The notes under the pieces are model-generated. The model ran no database searches. It had not been told where the DNA came from and saw only the letters and a list, made by a program, of their open reading frames with translations. Of a stretch of DNA of 64,000 bases, positions 37,022-45,669 are shown piece after piece (position 1 is the stretch's first letter; each line of letters starts with the position of its first letter). A program made the position numbers and the translations under genes. This stretch comes from a bacterium (GTDB lineage Bacteria; Electryoneota; JAOADG01): contig JAOADG010000008.1 in assembly GCA_026417415.1 (NCBI GenBank), forward strand, positions 449,349 through 513,348. Direction: 5' to 3'.

Positions 37022-38965
37022 GTGTATTTATTGCAAGTTTCTCAGAAATTCACTAAATCCATTCCCATATTTATTCCGTTTTTTCTAGCGTTAGTGCTTA
37101 GAATTGGGTATTCTATTGAATACATACAATCACCTTTTTTTCATTCTCCATCCATTGATGGGATCTACCATATTGAATGGGCAAAAAAGATTGTAGAAAC
37201 TGGTGAATGGAATTTTGAATCAAACAAACCCTTTTTTCGAACCCCGTTCTATCCAACGTTTTTAGCACTGTGTTTTTCTGCAGGTTTAACTAAAGAAGGT
37301 ATAGTGATAGTACAGTCACTATTAGGTCTATTGTCTCTCTTTTTAGTATTTCGAATTGCGGATGCTTTGTTTCATCGCAAAATAGCAATTATTGCAGCCA
37401 CGATATTTGCCCTTGGAACGCCATTTTTGTCTTACGAAATGGAATTTCAATTACCTGCTCTCATGGTTCCAATAGGATTAACAGTTTTTTACAATTTTAT
37501 TCTTTTTTACAAACAGAAATCTTTAAGAAACGGACTGTTAACTTCTTTTTTCATAGGGCTATTTACAATAACTCAACCTAACGGTTTCATTCTAATTTTT
37601 CCGTTATTCTACTTGATTAAGAAATTTAAAGTATACTTTAAGTTGAAACAGAAACTACTACTTTCCACACTTTGGATTTTACCTGTACTTCCTGTAACGG
37701 TTTACAATTATTTACAATCTGGAGAATTTGTATTCTTATCAACGCAAGGAGGAGTGAACGCTTATCTTGGAAATAATCCCCAAGCTGATGGTGCCTACGC
37801 CATTCATCCTATGTTAGGTGAAGATTGGGAATGGGAAGAGGCAAAACGTTGGGTGGGTGAAAATCTTACTGACGCACAAGCTGATCAAATGTATTATCTA
37901 AAAGTGTTTGCATTCTGGTATCACAATCCTTTTGAAGCAATTCTTCTCTTTTTACGAAAAATACTTTACTGTATCCATTGGTACGATATAGGTAACAACA
38001 GAAATCTACAACTGTTTTGGAATGAATTCGTTGTTACAAAATATTTTTTTGCAAAATTCTACTTTGGAGTAATCCTTCCATTTGCTCTCTTTGGATTTTT
38101 TTTACTGTGGAAAAATAAAGAAGTACGTTTTTTGATTGGAATTGTTTCTTTATTCATGTTTTCTTACGTGCCATTTTTTATAACTACTCGTTATCGTCTT
38201 CCTTTTCTTAGTGTGATGCCGATATTGGTTGCTTATACGATCAATACCCTAATTGAAAAAAAAATAGAATTGACCAACCTAAAACAAATGGGTTTATTTC
38301 TCTTTTGCATAGCTCTTGTTTGGCATCCATTGGGCGCACCTAAAGCAGACGCAGCACAATTTTATTACTCAAAAGGGAATGCATACCAAAACTTGAAAGA
38401 TCCTATTAATGCAATTCAATTCTATTACAAAGCCATTCAAATTAGTCCAAATAAACCCATGTATTTGAACAACATGGGTACAGCATATTTACAATTGGAC
38501 GAAATTGATTCTGCAAAATTCTGGATAGAAAAAGCATATCAATTAACTGTGGGAAAAAATAAAAACATTGTAAACAATTTGGGTGTGATTCAAGAACGTT
38601 TAGGATATTACTTTTCTGCAATGAATTCTTACCAAGCGGCAGATCAATTGAAGGATAAAAATGCTGCTATAAATTTAAAGAACTTATTTTATCGCGTAAT
38701 TTATTCTCCTCCTTCAGAAAAAATTGAAATTAAACACTTAAAGGGATTTTCAGATTCACTAACTCGTTTCAATCCTAATCTAGCCGAAAGATTGTTACTG
38801 CAAGCAAAGCTTGCAATTTTGGATTCTGACTTGTTGCAATTCGAACATACATTAAAAGAGTATCAAGAGTTAAGAAATGAAGATAAACTTTATTATTATG
38901 ACTCAACCATGTTTCAACAAATTATAGATGAATTAATTAAAATTAAACAACCTGAAAATGAATAA
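37022..38965 (+). CDS. GT39/ArnT/PMT-like polytopic glycosyltransferase with a C-terminal TPR domain.
   Basis: N-terminal half has 11 or more TM helices, beginning 'FHSPSIDGIYHIEWAKKIVETGEW'. The C-terminus has TPR units ('AAQFYYSKGNAYQNL...AIQFYYKAIQISP...NNMGTAYLQL'). Confidence 0.55.
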   Translation: MYLLQVSQKFTKSIPIFIPFFLALVLRIGYSIEYIQSPFFHSPSIDGIYHIEWAKKIVETGEWNFESNKPFFRTPFYPTFLALCFSAGLTKEGIVIVQSLLGLLSLFLVFRIADALFHRKIAIIAATIFALGTPFLSYEMEFQLPALMVPIGLTVFYNFILFYKQKSLRNGLLTSFFIGLFTITQPNGFILIFPLFYLIKKFKVYFKLKQKLLLSTLWILPVLPVTVYNYLQSGEFVFLSTQGGVNAYLGNNPQADGAYAIHPMLGEDWEWEEAKRWVGENLTDAQADQMYYLKVFAFWYHNPFEAILLFLRKILYCIHWYDIGNNRNLQLFWNEFVVTKYFFAKFYFGVILPFALFGFFLLWKNKEVRFLIGIVSLFMFSYVPFFITTRYRLPFLSVMPILVAYTINTLIEKKIELTNLKQMGLFLFCIALVWHPLGAPKADAAQFYYSKGNAYQNLKDPINAIQFYYKAIQISPNKPMYLNNMGTAYLQLDEIDSAKFWIEKAYQLTVGKNKNIVNNLGVIQERLGYYFSAMNSYQAADQLKDKNAAINLKNLFYRVIYSPPSEKIEIKHLKGFSDSLTRFNPNLAERLLLQAKLAILDSDLLQFEHTLKEYQELRNEDKLYYYDSTMFQQIIDELIKIKQPENE

Positions 38966-38995
38966 ATTATTACACTATCATGGGTTTGACTTTAA

Positions 38996-40141
38996 TTATT
39001 TTTGAATTAATTGATTTAGAAGTTTATTCCAATCCAATGCACTTTTATCCCAAGTAAAGTTTTGATGAATAAGTTCTTTACCGCGTATCCCAAATTTTTT
39101 CATTGTATCCGGTTGATGTAAACATTCTACAATTGTTTTTACAATCTCTTCTGGGTGATTTGGATCAAACAATCTACCAGTTTCATTATCTTTTACAAAC
39201 TCAGTATGGCCACCGACTTTTGATGCAGTCACAGGACAACCGCAAGCAAGGGCTTCTGCAGCGACTAGTCCGAATCCCTCAAAATGTTGTGGAACTTGTA
39301 AAGTTGGTAAAACCAGTAAATAAGCTTCTTGATAAAATTTAACTAATTCTGTTTGCGGTAATTGGCCATGAAATTTAACATAAGCATCAAGTCCTAAGGT
39401 TTGAACTAGTTTTTTTAATTCATTTTCAGATGGACCTGTGCCAATAATATCTACCGAAAGATTTGGATAATGTCTCAAAATGGCAGGTAATGCTTGTATT
39501 AGTAAACGATGTCCTTTCGTTGGTTTCAACTGTCCTACAAGGAGTAATTTTCTTTTTTCATTTTGATAAACAACATCACGATTAACCATCTTAAACAAAT
39601 TGATATTTACACCACAATAAATCACTTGAATTTTTTCTGGATTAATAGAAAGAGGTCCAAATAAAGAAGCTGTGAATTGGCTATTGGCAACTATTACACT
39701 GGCTTTTTGATACCCATAAAGACAATATCTTCTAAAAGTACGAGTCATTCCTTGATCTGGATAAATTCTGGACACTTCATTTCCATGTGCGATGATTGCA
39801 TGAGGCAATTGAAAGAAATGATTTATAAATGCGCTAGCGCCAGCGTATGGAGCAACTGATAAATCAACAATAACATCATGTTTTTTAATGAGAAGTTCTT
39901 TGAATAGAATGGGAAAGATAGTGGTACGTCCAAATGCGTGGATTTTCGGTGATAAGAAAAAATTGAATTCTAAATTACTTTGTTTCGTTATCCAACGTGG
40001 ATATCTGGTTTTTGGACACAATACTCGAATCTGCCATCCTAAACTTGCTAATCTTGTAAATACTTCATAAGCATAGATCGCCATTCCACCTTCATCTGGA
40101 GGCCAGTACTCTGTAATTAACAATAAACTTTTTTGTTTCAT
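38996..40141 (-). CDS. GT4-family glycosyltransferase (glycosyl transferase group 1).
   Basis: EX7E region 'EGFGLVAAEALACGCPVTASKVGGHTEFV'. Confidence 0.85.
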   Translation of the reverse strand: MKQKSLLLITEYWPPDEGGMAIYAYEVFTRLASLGWQIRVLCPKTRYPRWITKQSNLEFNFFLSPKIHAFGRTTIFPILFKELLIKKHDVIVDLSVAPYAGASAFINHFFQLPHAIIAHGNEVSRIYPDQGMTRTFRRYCLYGYQKASVIVANSQFTASLFGPLSINPEKIQVIYCGVNINLFKMVNRDVVYQNEKRKLLLVGQLKPTKGHRLLIQALPAILRHYPNLSVDIIGTGPSENELKKLVQTLGLDAYVKFHGQLPQTELVKFYQEAYLLVLPTLQVPQHFEGFGLVAAEALACGCPVTASKVGGHTEFVKDNETGRLFDPNHPEEIVKTIVECLHQPDTMKKFGIRGKELIHQNFTWDKSALDWNKLLNQLIQK

Positions 40142-40207
40142 ACTTTTCTTAATTACGTATATAGATTCTAATGTAGTTTATCTTTTATTCAAATTAAAGG
40201 AGTAAAT

Positions 40208-40663
40208 ATGTTACAAGTAGGGGATATTGCACCTGATTTTTCTTTACCATCAACAAGTGGTGAAATCGTGAAACTTAGTGATTATCGTGGTAAAACGGTT
40301 GTTTTATACTTTTATCCAAAGGATAATACGCCTGGTTGTACGAAACAAGCATGTAACATTAGAGACCATTGGGAGGAATTTCGGAAAAGAGGATGGATCG
40401 TCTTAGGAATTAGTAGTGATACAATTCAAAGTCATAAAAAATTTACAGAAAAATACAATTTACCCTTTTTGTTATTAAGTGATACAGATAAAACAGTGAT
40501 GAAAATGTATGGTGCGTATGGAAAAAAGAAAATGATGGGCATTGAGTTTGAGGGGACATTAAGATATACTTACGTGATTGGGCCAGATGGAAAAATTTTG
40601 CACATTGATACAAAAGTAAAGGTATCCAATCATTCTGAAGATTTATTCAAAAATGTTAAATAG
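40208..40663 (+). CDS. bcp: Thiol peroxidase, peroxiredoxin Bcp type.
   Basis: '[45 protein letters not shown]'. Confidence 0.9.
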   Translation: MLQVGDIAPDFSLPSTSGEIVKLSDYRGKTVVLYFYPKDNTPGCTKQACNIRDHWEEFRKRGWIVLGISSDTIQSHKKFTEKYNLPFLLLSDTDKTVMKMYGAYGKKKMMGIEFEGTLRYTYVIGPDGKILHIDTKVKVSNHSEDLFKNVK

Positions 40664-40667
40664 TCCT

Positions 40668-40973
40668 ATGCCAAAAATAATTTTAGTTCAATTAAAAAAA
40701 GTAATAGAAGTGAATTTTTATGAATCTTTTTTTCAAATACTTCGTAAAAATGATATTCCTATTGCAAGCTCATGTCAAGGCAGACAGATATGTGGTAGAT
40801 GTTCAATAGAAATCATTCATGGTTCCGAATTTCTGAACTCTCCTGATGAAAATGAAATGCAAGTTTCAAAAAAGTATGGTTGGCAACAACAAAATTGTGG
40901 CCATTTGAGAGCTGCTTGTTCTACTTATTTTGTAAAAAACGGTACAGTAGAAGTGAAGACAACGTATTGGTAA
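40668..40973 (+). CDS. Small Cys-rich protein, possibly a 2Fe-2S ferredoxin-like protein.
   Basis: 'SSCQGRQICGRCSIEI' (C-x5-C-x2-C) plus distal Cys 'QQNCGHLRAAC'. Start is the first Met after the bcp stop. Confidence 0.4.
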   Translation: MPKIILVQLKKVIEVNFYESFFQILRKNDIPIASSCQGRQICGRCSIEIIHGSEFLNSPDENEMQVSKKYGWQQQNCGHLRAACSTYFVKNGTVEVKTTYW

Positions 40974-40980
40974 TAAAGTA

Positions 40981-41727
40981 TTAATGATCTTGTATTTTGA
41001 TTGAAAAGGGTGTGTAATCAGAATGGTAGTCAATCACATCTATTCCTTCAAGTTGTTTCAGATAATTGCAAACAATGTAGGTAATAGGGGTTATAAAAAT
41101 CTCAACTCCAACCTTAAAAACATAATTGGATAAAACAATATTCAACAAAAGCGAAGAACTAATCGTTCCACCAAATGCGATAACACAAAAAAGAGTTGTA
41201 TCAACAACTTGTCCTACAATCGTTGATCCGATGGTTCTCATCCAAAGATACTTTCCATGACTCCAACGTTTCATCAAAGATAACAATAAATCGTTAGACC
41301 ATGATCCAAAAAGAAAAGCGATAATCGAAGCTAAGACAATCCGAGTTGTAGTAAGAAGAATGGTAGAATACGCTTGTTGATGTTGCCACTCTTCTGAAGC
41401 AGGTAATAGGCCTACTATTGCAAATAGTAATATTGCTAATAATTGAACTAAAATGCCTATCCAGATCGTTCTACGAGCAAGTCTAAATCCAAAAACTTCT
41501 GTAAAAATATCACTGAAAATATAACTTAAAGGGAATAATAAAGTACCTCCATCAAAAGTAAATGAACCGATTTGCACTATCTTAACGGAGGCGATATTTG
41601 AAATAAGCAAGATCGCCGAAAACAAAGCAGTTAAAAATGGTAGAGATTTACTTTGCATCAAGTTGACCAAGATAGAAATATTTTGAAATGACCAAAAGGG
41701 ACAAAGTTGCCCCTTTTGGTCAAACAA
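40981..41727 (-). CDS. yhhQ: Queuosine-precursor transporter (YhhQ/DUF165, VUT family).
   Basis: 'LLFPLSYIFSDIFTEVFGFRLARRTIWIG' matches the YhhQ core. Six TM helices. Confidence 0.75.
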   Translation of the reverse strand: MFDQKGQLCPFWSFQNISILVNLMQSKSLPFLTALFSAILLISNIASVKIVQIGSFTFDGGTLLFPLSYIFSDIFTEVFGFRLARRTIWIGILVQLLAILLFAIVGLLPASEEWQHQQAYSTILLTTTRIVLASIIAFLFGSWSNDLLLSLMKRWSHGKYLWMRTIGSTIVGQVVDTTLFCVIAFGGTISSSLLLNIVLSNYVFKVGVEIFITPITYIVCNYLKQLEGIDVIDYHSDYTPFSIKIQDH

Positions 41728-41735
41728 TGATTAAC

Positions 41736-44700
41736 TTATTTCAAATAGACCATTTTGTAATGTTTCATTTGATTTTTAGTTGACACAACCAGATAGTAAA
41801 TCCCTGATGTGTGTTGAATCGGATTCCACTCAAGAACATAATTACCTTGACTGTAGAAACCATCAAGTAAAGTAGTTACCATTCTTCCTTGAGTGTCAAA
41901 TACTTGAATTTTGATATTTTCATCTTGTAATAAATTCAGTCGGATGTTAGCTGTGTTATTAAAAGGATTGGGATAAGGACCTTTAAGTACAAATTGATTG
42001 GGTTGTAGATTCAAGTTTTCATTTCGTTCGTTACCGATTTCTAAAAAGTTATCGGGTGGTACTGTAGTAAATCGAATTGCGCGATTTGAACGAAGTGTAT
42101 CAGATCCTGGTGTTGGAGTTCTGGCATAAGTAATTTCAAGACCATCAAGATGACTCCAATCCATAATCCCAACTGTTGTAAAATTGTTATTGACATCTAC
42201 ATCAGATGCAATTTGATATTGCATGGTAAATTCATTATCACCCGTAGGACCAAAACGGTTTCCGTGGAGAATTAGTTGAAAGCGTTGGGGGATAGGAGTC
42301 GTTTCAATGCCATATCTTGAATACATTCTTCCCCATTGAATAATAAAATCTTGAGTAGCTGGATTATAGTAGTACCATATTGAAACTCGTCCAGTATCAG
42401 CTGCTAATCCCTTCAAGTCGTCCCACATAACAGCAATCATTGCATTGGGTCCTTGCGCATTCGGCATAGGCCAATTGTAAAAATCAGTTTGCCAAGTATT
42501 CTGAAAGCTTACCCAACCATTAGAACAAATGGAAATTCCATCAGATTGATAATTTGTGCCGTAATAACGAAATGTAAACGGTAATGGTAGATTAATGGTC
42601 TGATCATCATTGAGTCGAATGTGTGTACCCAATCCGCCCGAATCAGGATCCAGTTCTATCCAATTGTACGTTGGTGCTGCAGCATACTGAATATCTAAAT
42701 TTTCATAGGCATAATATCCATAGCGATCAGGACCAGTGGGTTGATGAGTAGGCCTACTTCCAGCAGTCAAATTGAAATTGATTAGTGCATAATTGGGTGC
42801 TAATGAATGTGAAAGAATTATCCTCATTGGGATAACATGACCCACAATTTGATTAGACGGGATGGTCACAGTAAACGTAAGATTGGTTATTTGGTGTTGT
42901 TCCACCTGATTAAAGTTTGCATTTCCGTTGATGATCACCGCACCGTTTGAAAAAGTATTAAGTTGTGCTGTTCCTTGTGGTATCCGTCCAACACCTTCGT
43001 TTTTTACATAAACCTCAATTGTAGCAGTATTCCCTGGTGTTAGAGAACCGTTCATCACTGAATAACCCGTAACGATAGGGAAAATCCAACCAATTGGTAA
43101 ACAAAACTCTCGATTTCCTGATGGAAAAGCAAGCGACATTCTGATATCATTAAACGTGTGAGTAGAAGGAATGGCAGTAACTGTGTAACTTAAAGTTCCT
43201 GTTCCATTAGCACCAATAGTACCTGCGTTGGAACTGTTTTGTTGGATAGAGATTCGATTAGGCATCAACGTTGAAAGAACAGCAGATGCATTCGCTGAAG
43301 AAGTAGAGACATTTTTAATAAAAACTTGTAAAGTAGCAGTTTCACCAAATTCTAAAAGTCCATTCCCTCCATCTACAATTCGAACAGAATCTACACGAAA
43401 TGGTACATTATCATTTCCACTTGCGGTGGTATTGAAAAATTGTGGCCGATAATTGCGTCCTCTCACAGCAATGCGAATCGAATCACCTACATTTGCTCGA
43501 AAGGTTAACGTTGCATATCCCTGATTATCCGTGACAGCGACACTATGTACATTGTTCGGTGCGATCAAAGCTGCTACCAAATTAGATTGTGGAATTCCTG
43601 TAAGACCATCTATAGCACGTACAGTAACTTGTCCTGCATTGGCTAATATTGTAGTTGGAAATATTACATTTAAACTATCTGGTAGCAATTGCCAAAGAGT
43701 GATTGATGGATCACCAAGAATATTGTAGTAATGAAAATAAGCTTCCGATGAAGTTGGTTCTAATGGAAAACCTCGGTACACTTCTAATTTTGAACGAAGT
43801 GCGATCATTCCAAATTTTTCCAGTCCTTCTGTGAGCCATCCTTCCATAAAACCGGCTAACATTGGGTTGTTGTATCGTGTGTTGGTGTGAAGGTGTGAAG
43901 CACCAAAAAATACCGGTCCACCCTTCATATCATTTACAGATCCAAGTTCAACCCAAACTTCACCAAAACATCTTTGATTGGGTACAGGTGAAGATCCCGG
44001 TCCAAATGCTCCAGTTTGGCAAACGATAGAGACGAATGGACTCAATGAATTGGAGGTTACACTATTTAAATCATCTACACGTAATCTTGGGTAAAGTGGT
44101 CCTTGACTATCACCCCAGCCGCGATAAGTAATTAAAGAAAGACCTTGATTGATTTGAGCAAGTATTTCCGAAGTACCTGGAAAAGTGGGTGGATAGTAGA
44201 TTTCGGATACTGAATATCCTTTTGTACGAAGCATATCAGCTGCCCATCTGGAATTTAGCGTAGGTGTTACAGGTGGTGTGCCTGAATCTGAATAATTTCC
44301 AGCAAAGCAAAGTGCACGGGTCATCTGTTGGTTAATCATGTTTCTCCCCGGAAAGTTTTGATAACGTAGATTTTTATTGATTACAACAGCCATCTGTGTC
44401 GCATTTCCGCCAGTAACACGTCCAATAATGATTTCTGGCCAAAAATCATTTCCAGAGAGCATGGTATAAGGATGATCAGAAGAAACAGTTTCAGTAAAAG
44501 GGGGAAGAGAAGTGAATGAATTTGTCGCAATGGAATAGGCACCGCGATCTGCATCACCCACTAAAAGAACATATTCTAAAGGAATAGATAATGTATTGTA
44601 TTGATTAAGTATCAAATTTCGAATTGACGTTGGTGTAGAATTGGAAGCGATTTGTTGAAGGATTACATGGTACCCTTCAAGTCGTTTAGAGTTGGCGAAA

Positions 44701-45464
44701 GTGTTTAATAAATTCGATAAAACAGGATCAGCATAAAGAACTAAGAAACTGCCGGGACGCCATAATTTGGAACGGCCTACTACAAAATCATCATAACCAA
44801 GAAACATTGTTCTATACAACCCCTCCCAAGATGCTAAAATCGGGGATGTAATTGCAGGACCAGTGGGTTGTGCATCAATTTCAAATGAAAGTATCTGTGC
44901 AACTTGGATTTGATCGAATGAAATTTTTCGGATCGGATGAATGATTACTGGAAGAACCCCAAAGTCCCGAAAAACCCCAGGTTCACCCAATTCAATCCAA
45001 TCCGATTGAAATTCTTGTGGAACAAAATTAAAAACCGAGTTGCTTGCTACATTATTATCACTGATTTTACGTATTCTACCACCCAAGTCAGTTTCAGAAT
45101 ACTGTGTATATTGGACTTGGACATTTTGTACTTGAGCTTGAATGGGATAATGAAAAGGAATAAAACAAGTTAGTGAGGCAAGATCATCACTTCCAGTTGG
45201 AGGTAAACTTTCGTATCTACTGTTTAATCTAAGTGCGATTCCATCATCGTAATGTTCAACAGTAAATCCATTCAATTGAAGTTCAATAGAGAGATGATTA
45301 TCTGTACGTGATAGGACTTGGATGGATGGTTCGTGAATGTTAGTACCGGTTACAGAACTTCCAACTGCAAAAACTTCTGTACGATTGGGTAAAGCATAAC
45401 TTGTGATAGTGAAGATAACCATTAATCCAATTGTAAACAATTGTGAAAATAATTGCTTATTCAT
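41736..45464 (-). CDS. 1242-aa secreted peptidase-C25-like protein with a NIDO-like domain and a T9SS C-terminal sorting domain.
   Basis: Signal peptide. C25-like block 'YVLLVGDADRG...IIIGRV...LITYRGWGDSQGP...FVSIVCQTGAFG': the Cys is present but no His sits at the canonical GHG position. 'YYGTNYQSDGISICSNGWVSF...VMWDDL' domain. C-terminal 'LKGPYPNPFNNTANIRLNL...SGIYYLVV'. Confidence 0.7.
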   Translation of the reverse strand: MNKQLFSQLFTIGLMVIFTITSYALPNRTEVFAVGSSVTGTNIHEPSIQVLSRTDNHLSIELQLNGFTVEHYDDGIALRLNSRYESLPPTGSDDLASLTCFIPFHYPIQAQVQNVQVQYTQYSETDLGGRIRKISDNNVASNSVFNFVPQEFQSDWIELGEPGVFRDFGVLPVIIHPIRKISFDQIQVAQILSFEIDAQPTGPAITSPILASWEGLYRTMFLGYDDFVVGRSKLWRPGSFLVLYADPVLSNLLNTFANSKRLEGYHVILQQIASNSTPTSIRNLILNQYNTLSIPLEYVLLVGDADRGAYSIATNSFTSLPPFTETVSSDHPYTMLSGNDFWPEIIIGRVTGGNATQMAVVINKNLRYQNFPGRNMINQQMTRALCFAGNYSDSGTPPVTPTLNSRWAADMLRTKGYSVSEIYYPPTFPGTSEILAQINQGLSLITYRGWGDSQGPLYPRLRVDDLNSVTSNSLSPFVSIVCQTGAFGPGSSPVPNQRCFGEVWVELGSVNDMKGGPVFFGASHLHTNTRYNNPMLAGFMEGWLTEGLEKFGMIALRSKLEVYRGFPLEPTSSEAYFHYYNILGDPSITLWQLLPDSLNVIFPTTILANAGQVTVRAIDGLTGIPQSNLVAALIAPNNVHSVAVTDNQGYATLTFRANVGDSIRIAVRGRNYRPQFFNTTASGNDNVPFRVDSVRIVDGGNGLLEFGETATLQVFIKNVSTSSANASAVLSTLMPNRISIQQNSSNAGTIGANGTGTLSYTVTAIPSTHTFNDIRMSLAFPSGNREFCLPIGWIFPIVTGYSVMNGSLTPGNTATIEVYVKNEGVGRIPQGTAQLNTFSNGAVIINGNANFNQVEQHQITNLTFTVTIPSNQIVGHVIPMRIILSHSLAPNYALINFNLTAGSRPTHQPTGPDRYGYYAYENLDIQYAAAPTYNWIELDPDSGGLGTHIRLNDDQTINLPLPFTFRYYGTNYQSDGISICSNGWVSFQNTWQTDFYNWPMPNAQGPNAMIAVMWDDLKGLAADTGRVSIWYYYNPATQDFIIQWGRMYSRYGIETTPIPQRFQLILHGNRFGPTGDNEFTMQYQIASDVDVNNNFTTVGIMDWSHLDGLEITYARTPTPGSDTLRSNRAIRFTTVPPDNFLEIGNERNENLNLQPNQFVLKGPYPNPFNNTANIRLNLLQDENIKIQVFDTQGRMVTTLLDGFYSQGNYVLEWNPIQHTSGIYYLVVSTKNQMKHYKMVYLK

Positions 45465-45669
45465 TATTACTCCTTCGTAAACCGTGCAATGGTTTAACCT
45501 ACTCTATTTCCGAAAAAGTTTAACATTTATTAGATGCATGCTCTACTCTTCATAGACATTTGAAACAGAAAATAGTGAGTTTACGCACGAAAAAAAAATC
45601 ATCTAATTTAGAGTGGCTTGCTATAGATTAAAAAATTGATTAAATAAGTTTTTGTGTTTTGGAGGAAAT

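Noticed and set aside
41690-41727. Hairpin AAAAGGG-N10-CCCTTTT near the yhhQ start, considered as a terminator for the upstream C25-like gene.
   Set aside because: It lies inside the yhhQ coding sequence (N-terminus 'MFDQKGQLCPFW') and the stem is weak and AT-rich. It is probably coincidental.
41728-41800. Looked for a preQ1 riboswitch upstream of yhhQ (the queuosine precursor transporter).
   Set aside because: Only 8 nt separate yhhQ from the upstream gene's stop, and the upstream sequence is coding. No P1 stem plus A-rich tail matching preQ1-I or preQ1-II was seen.
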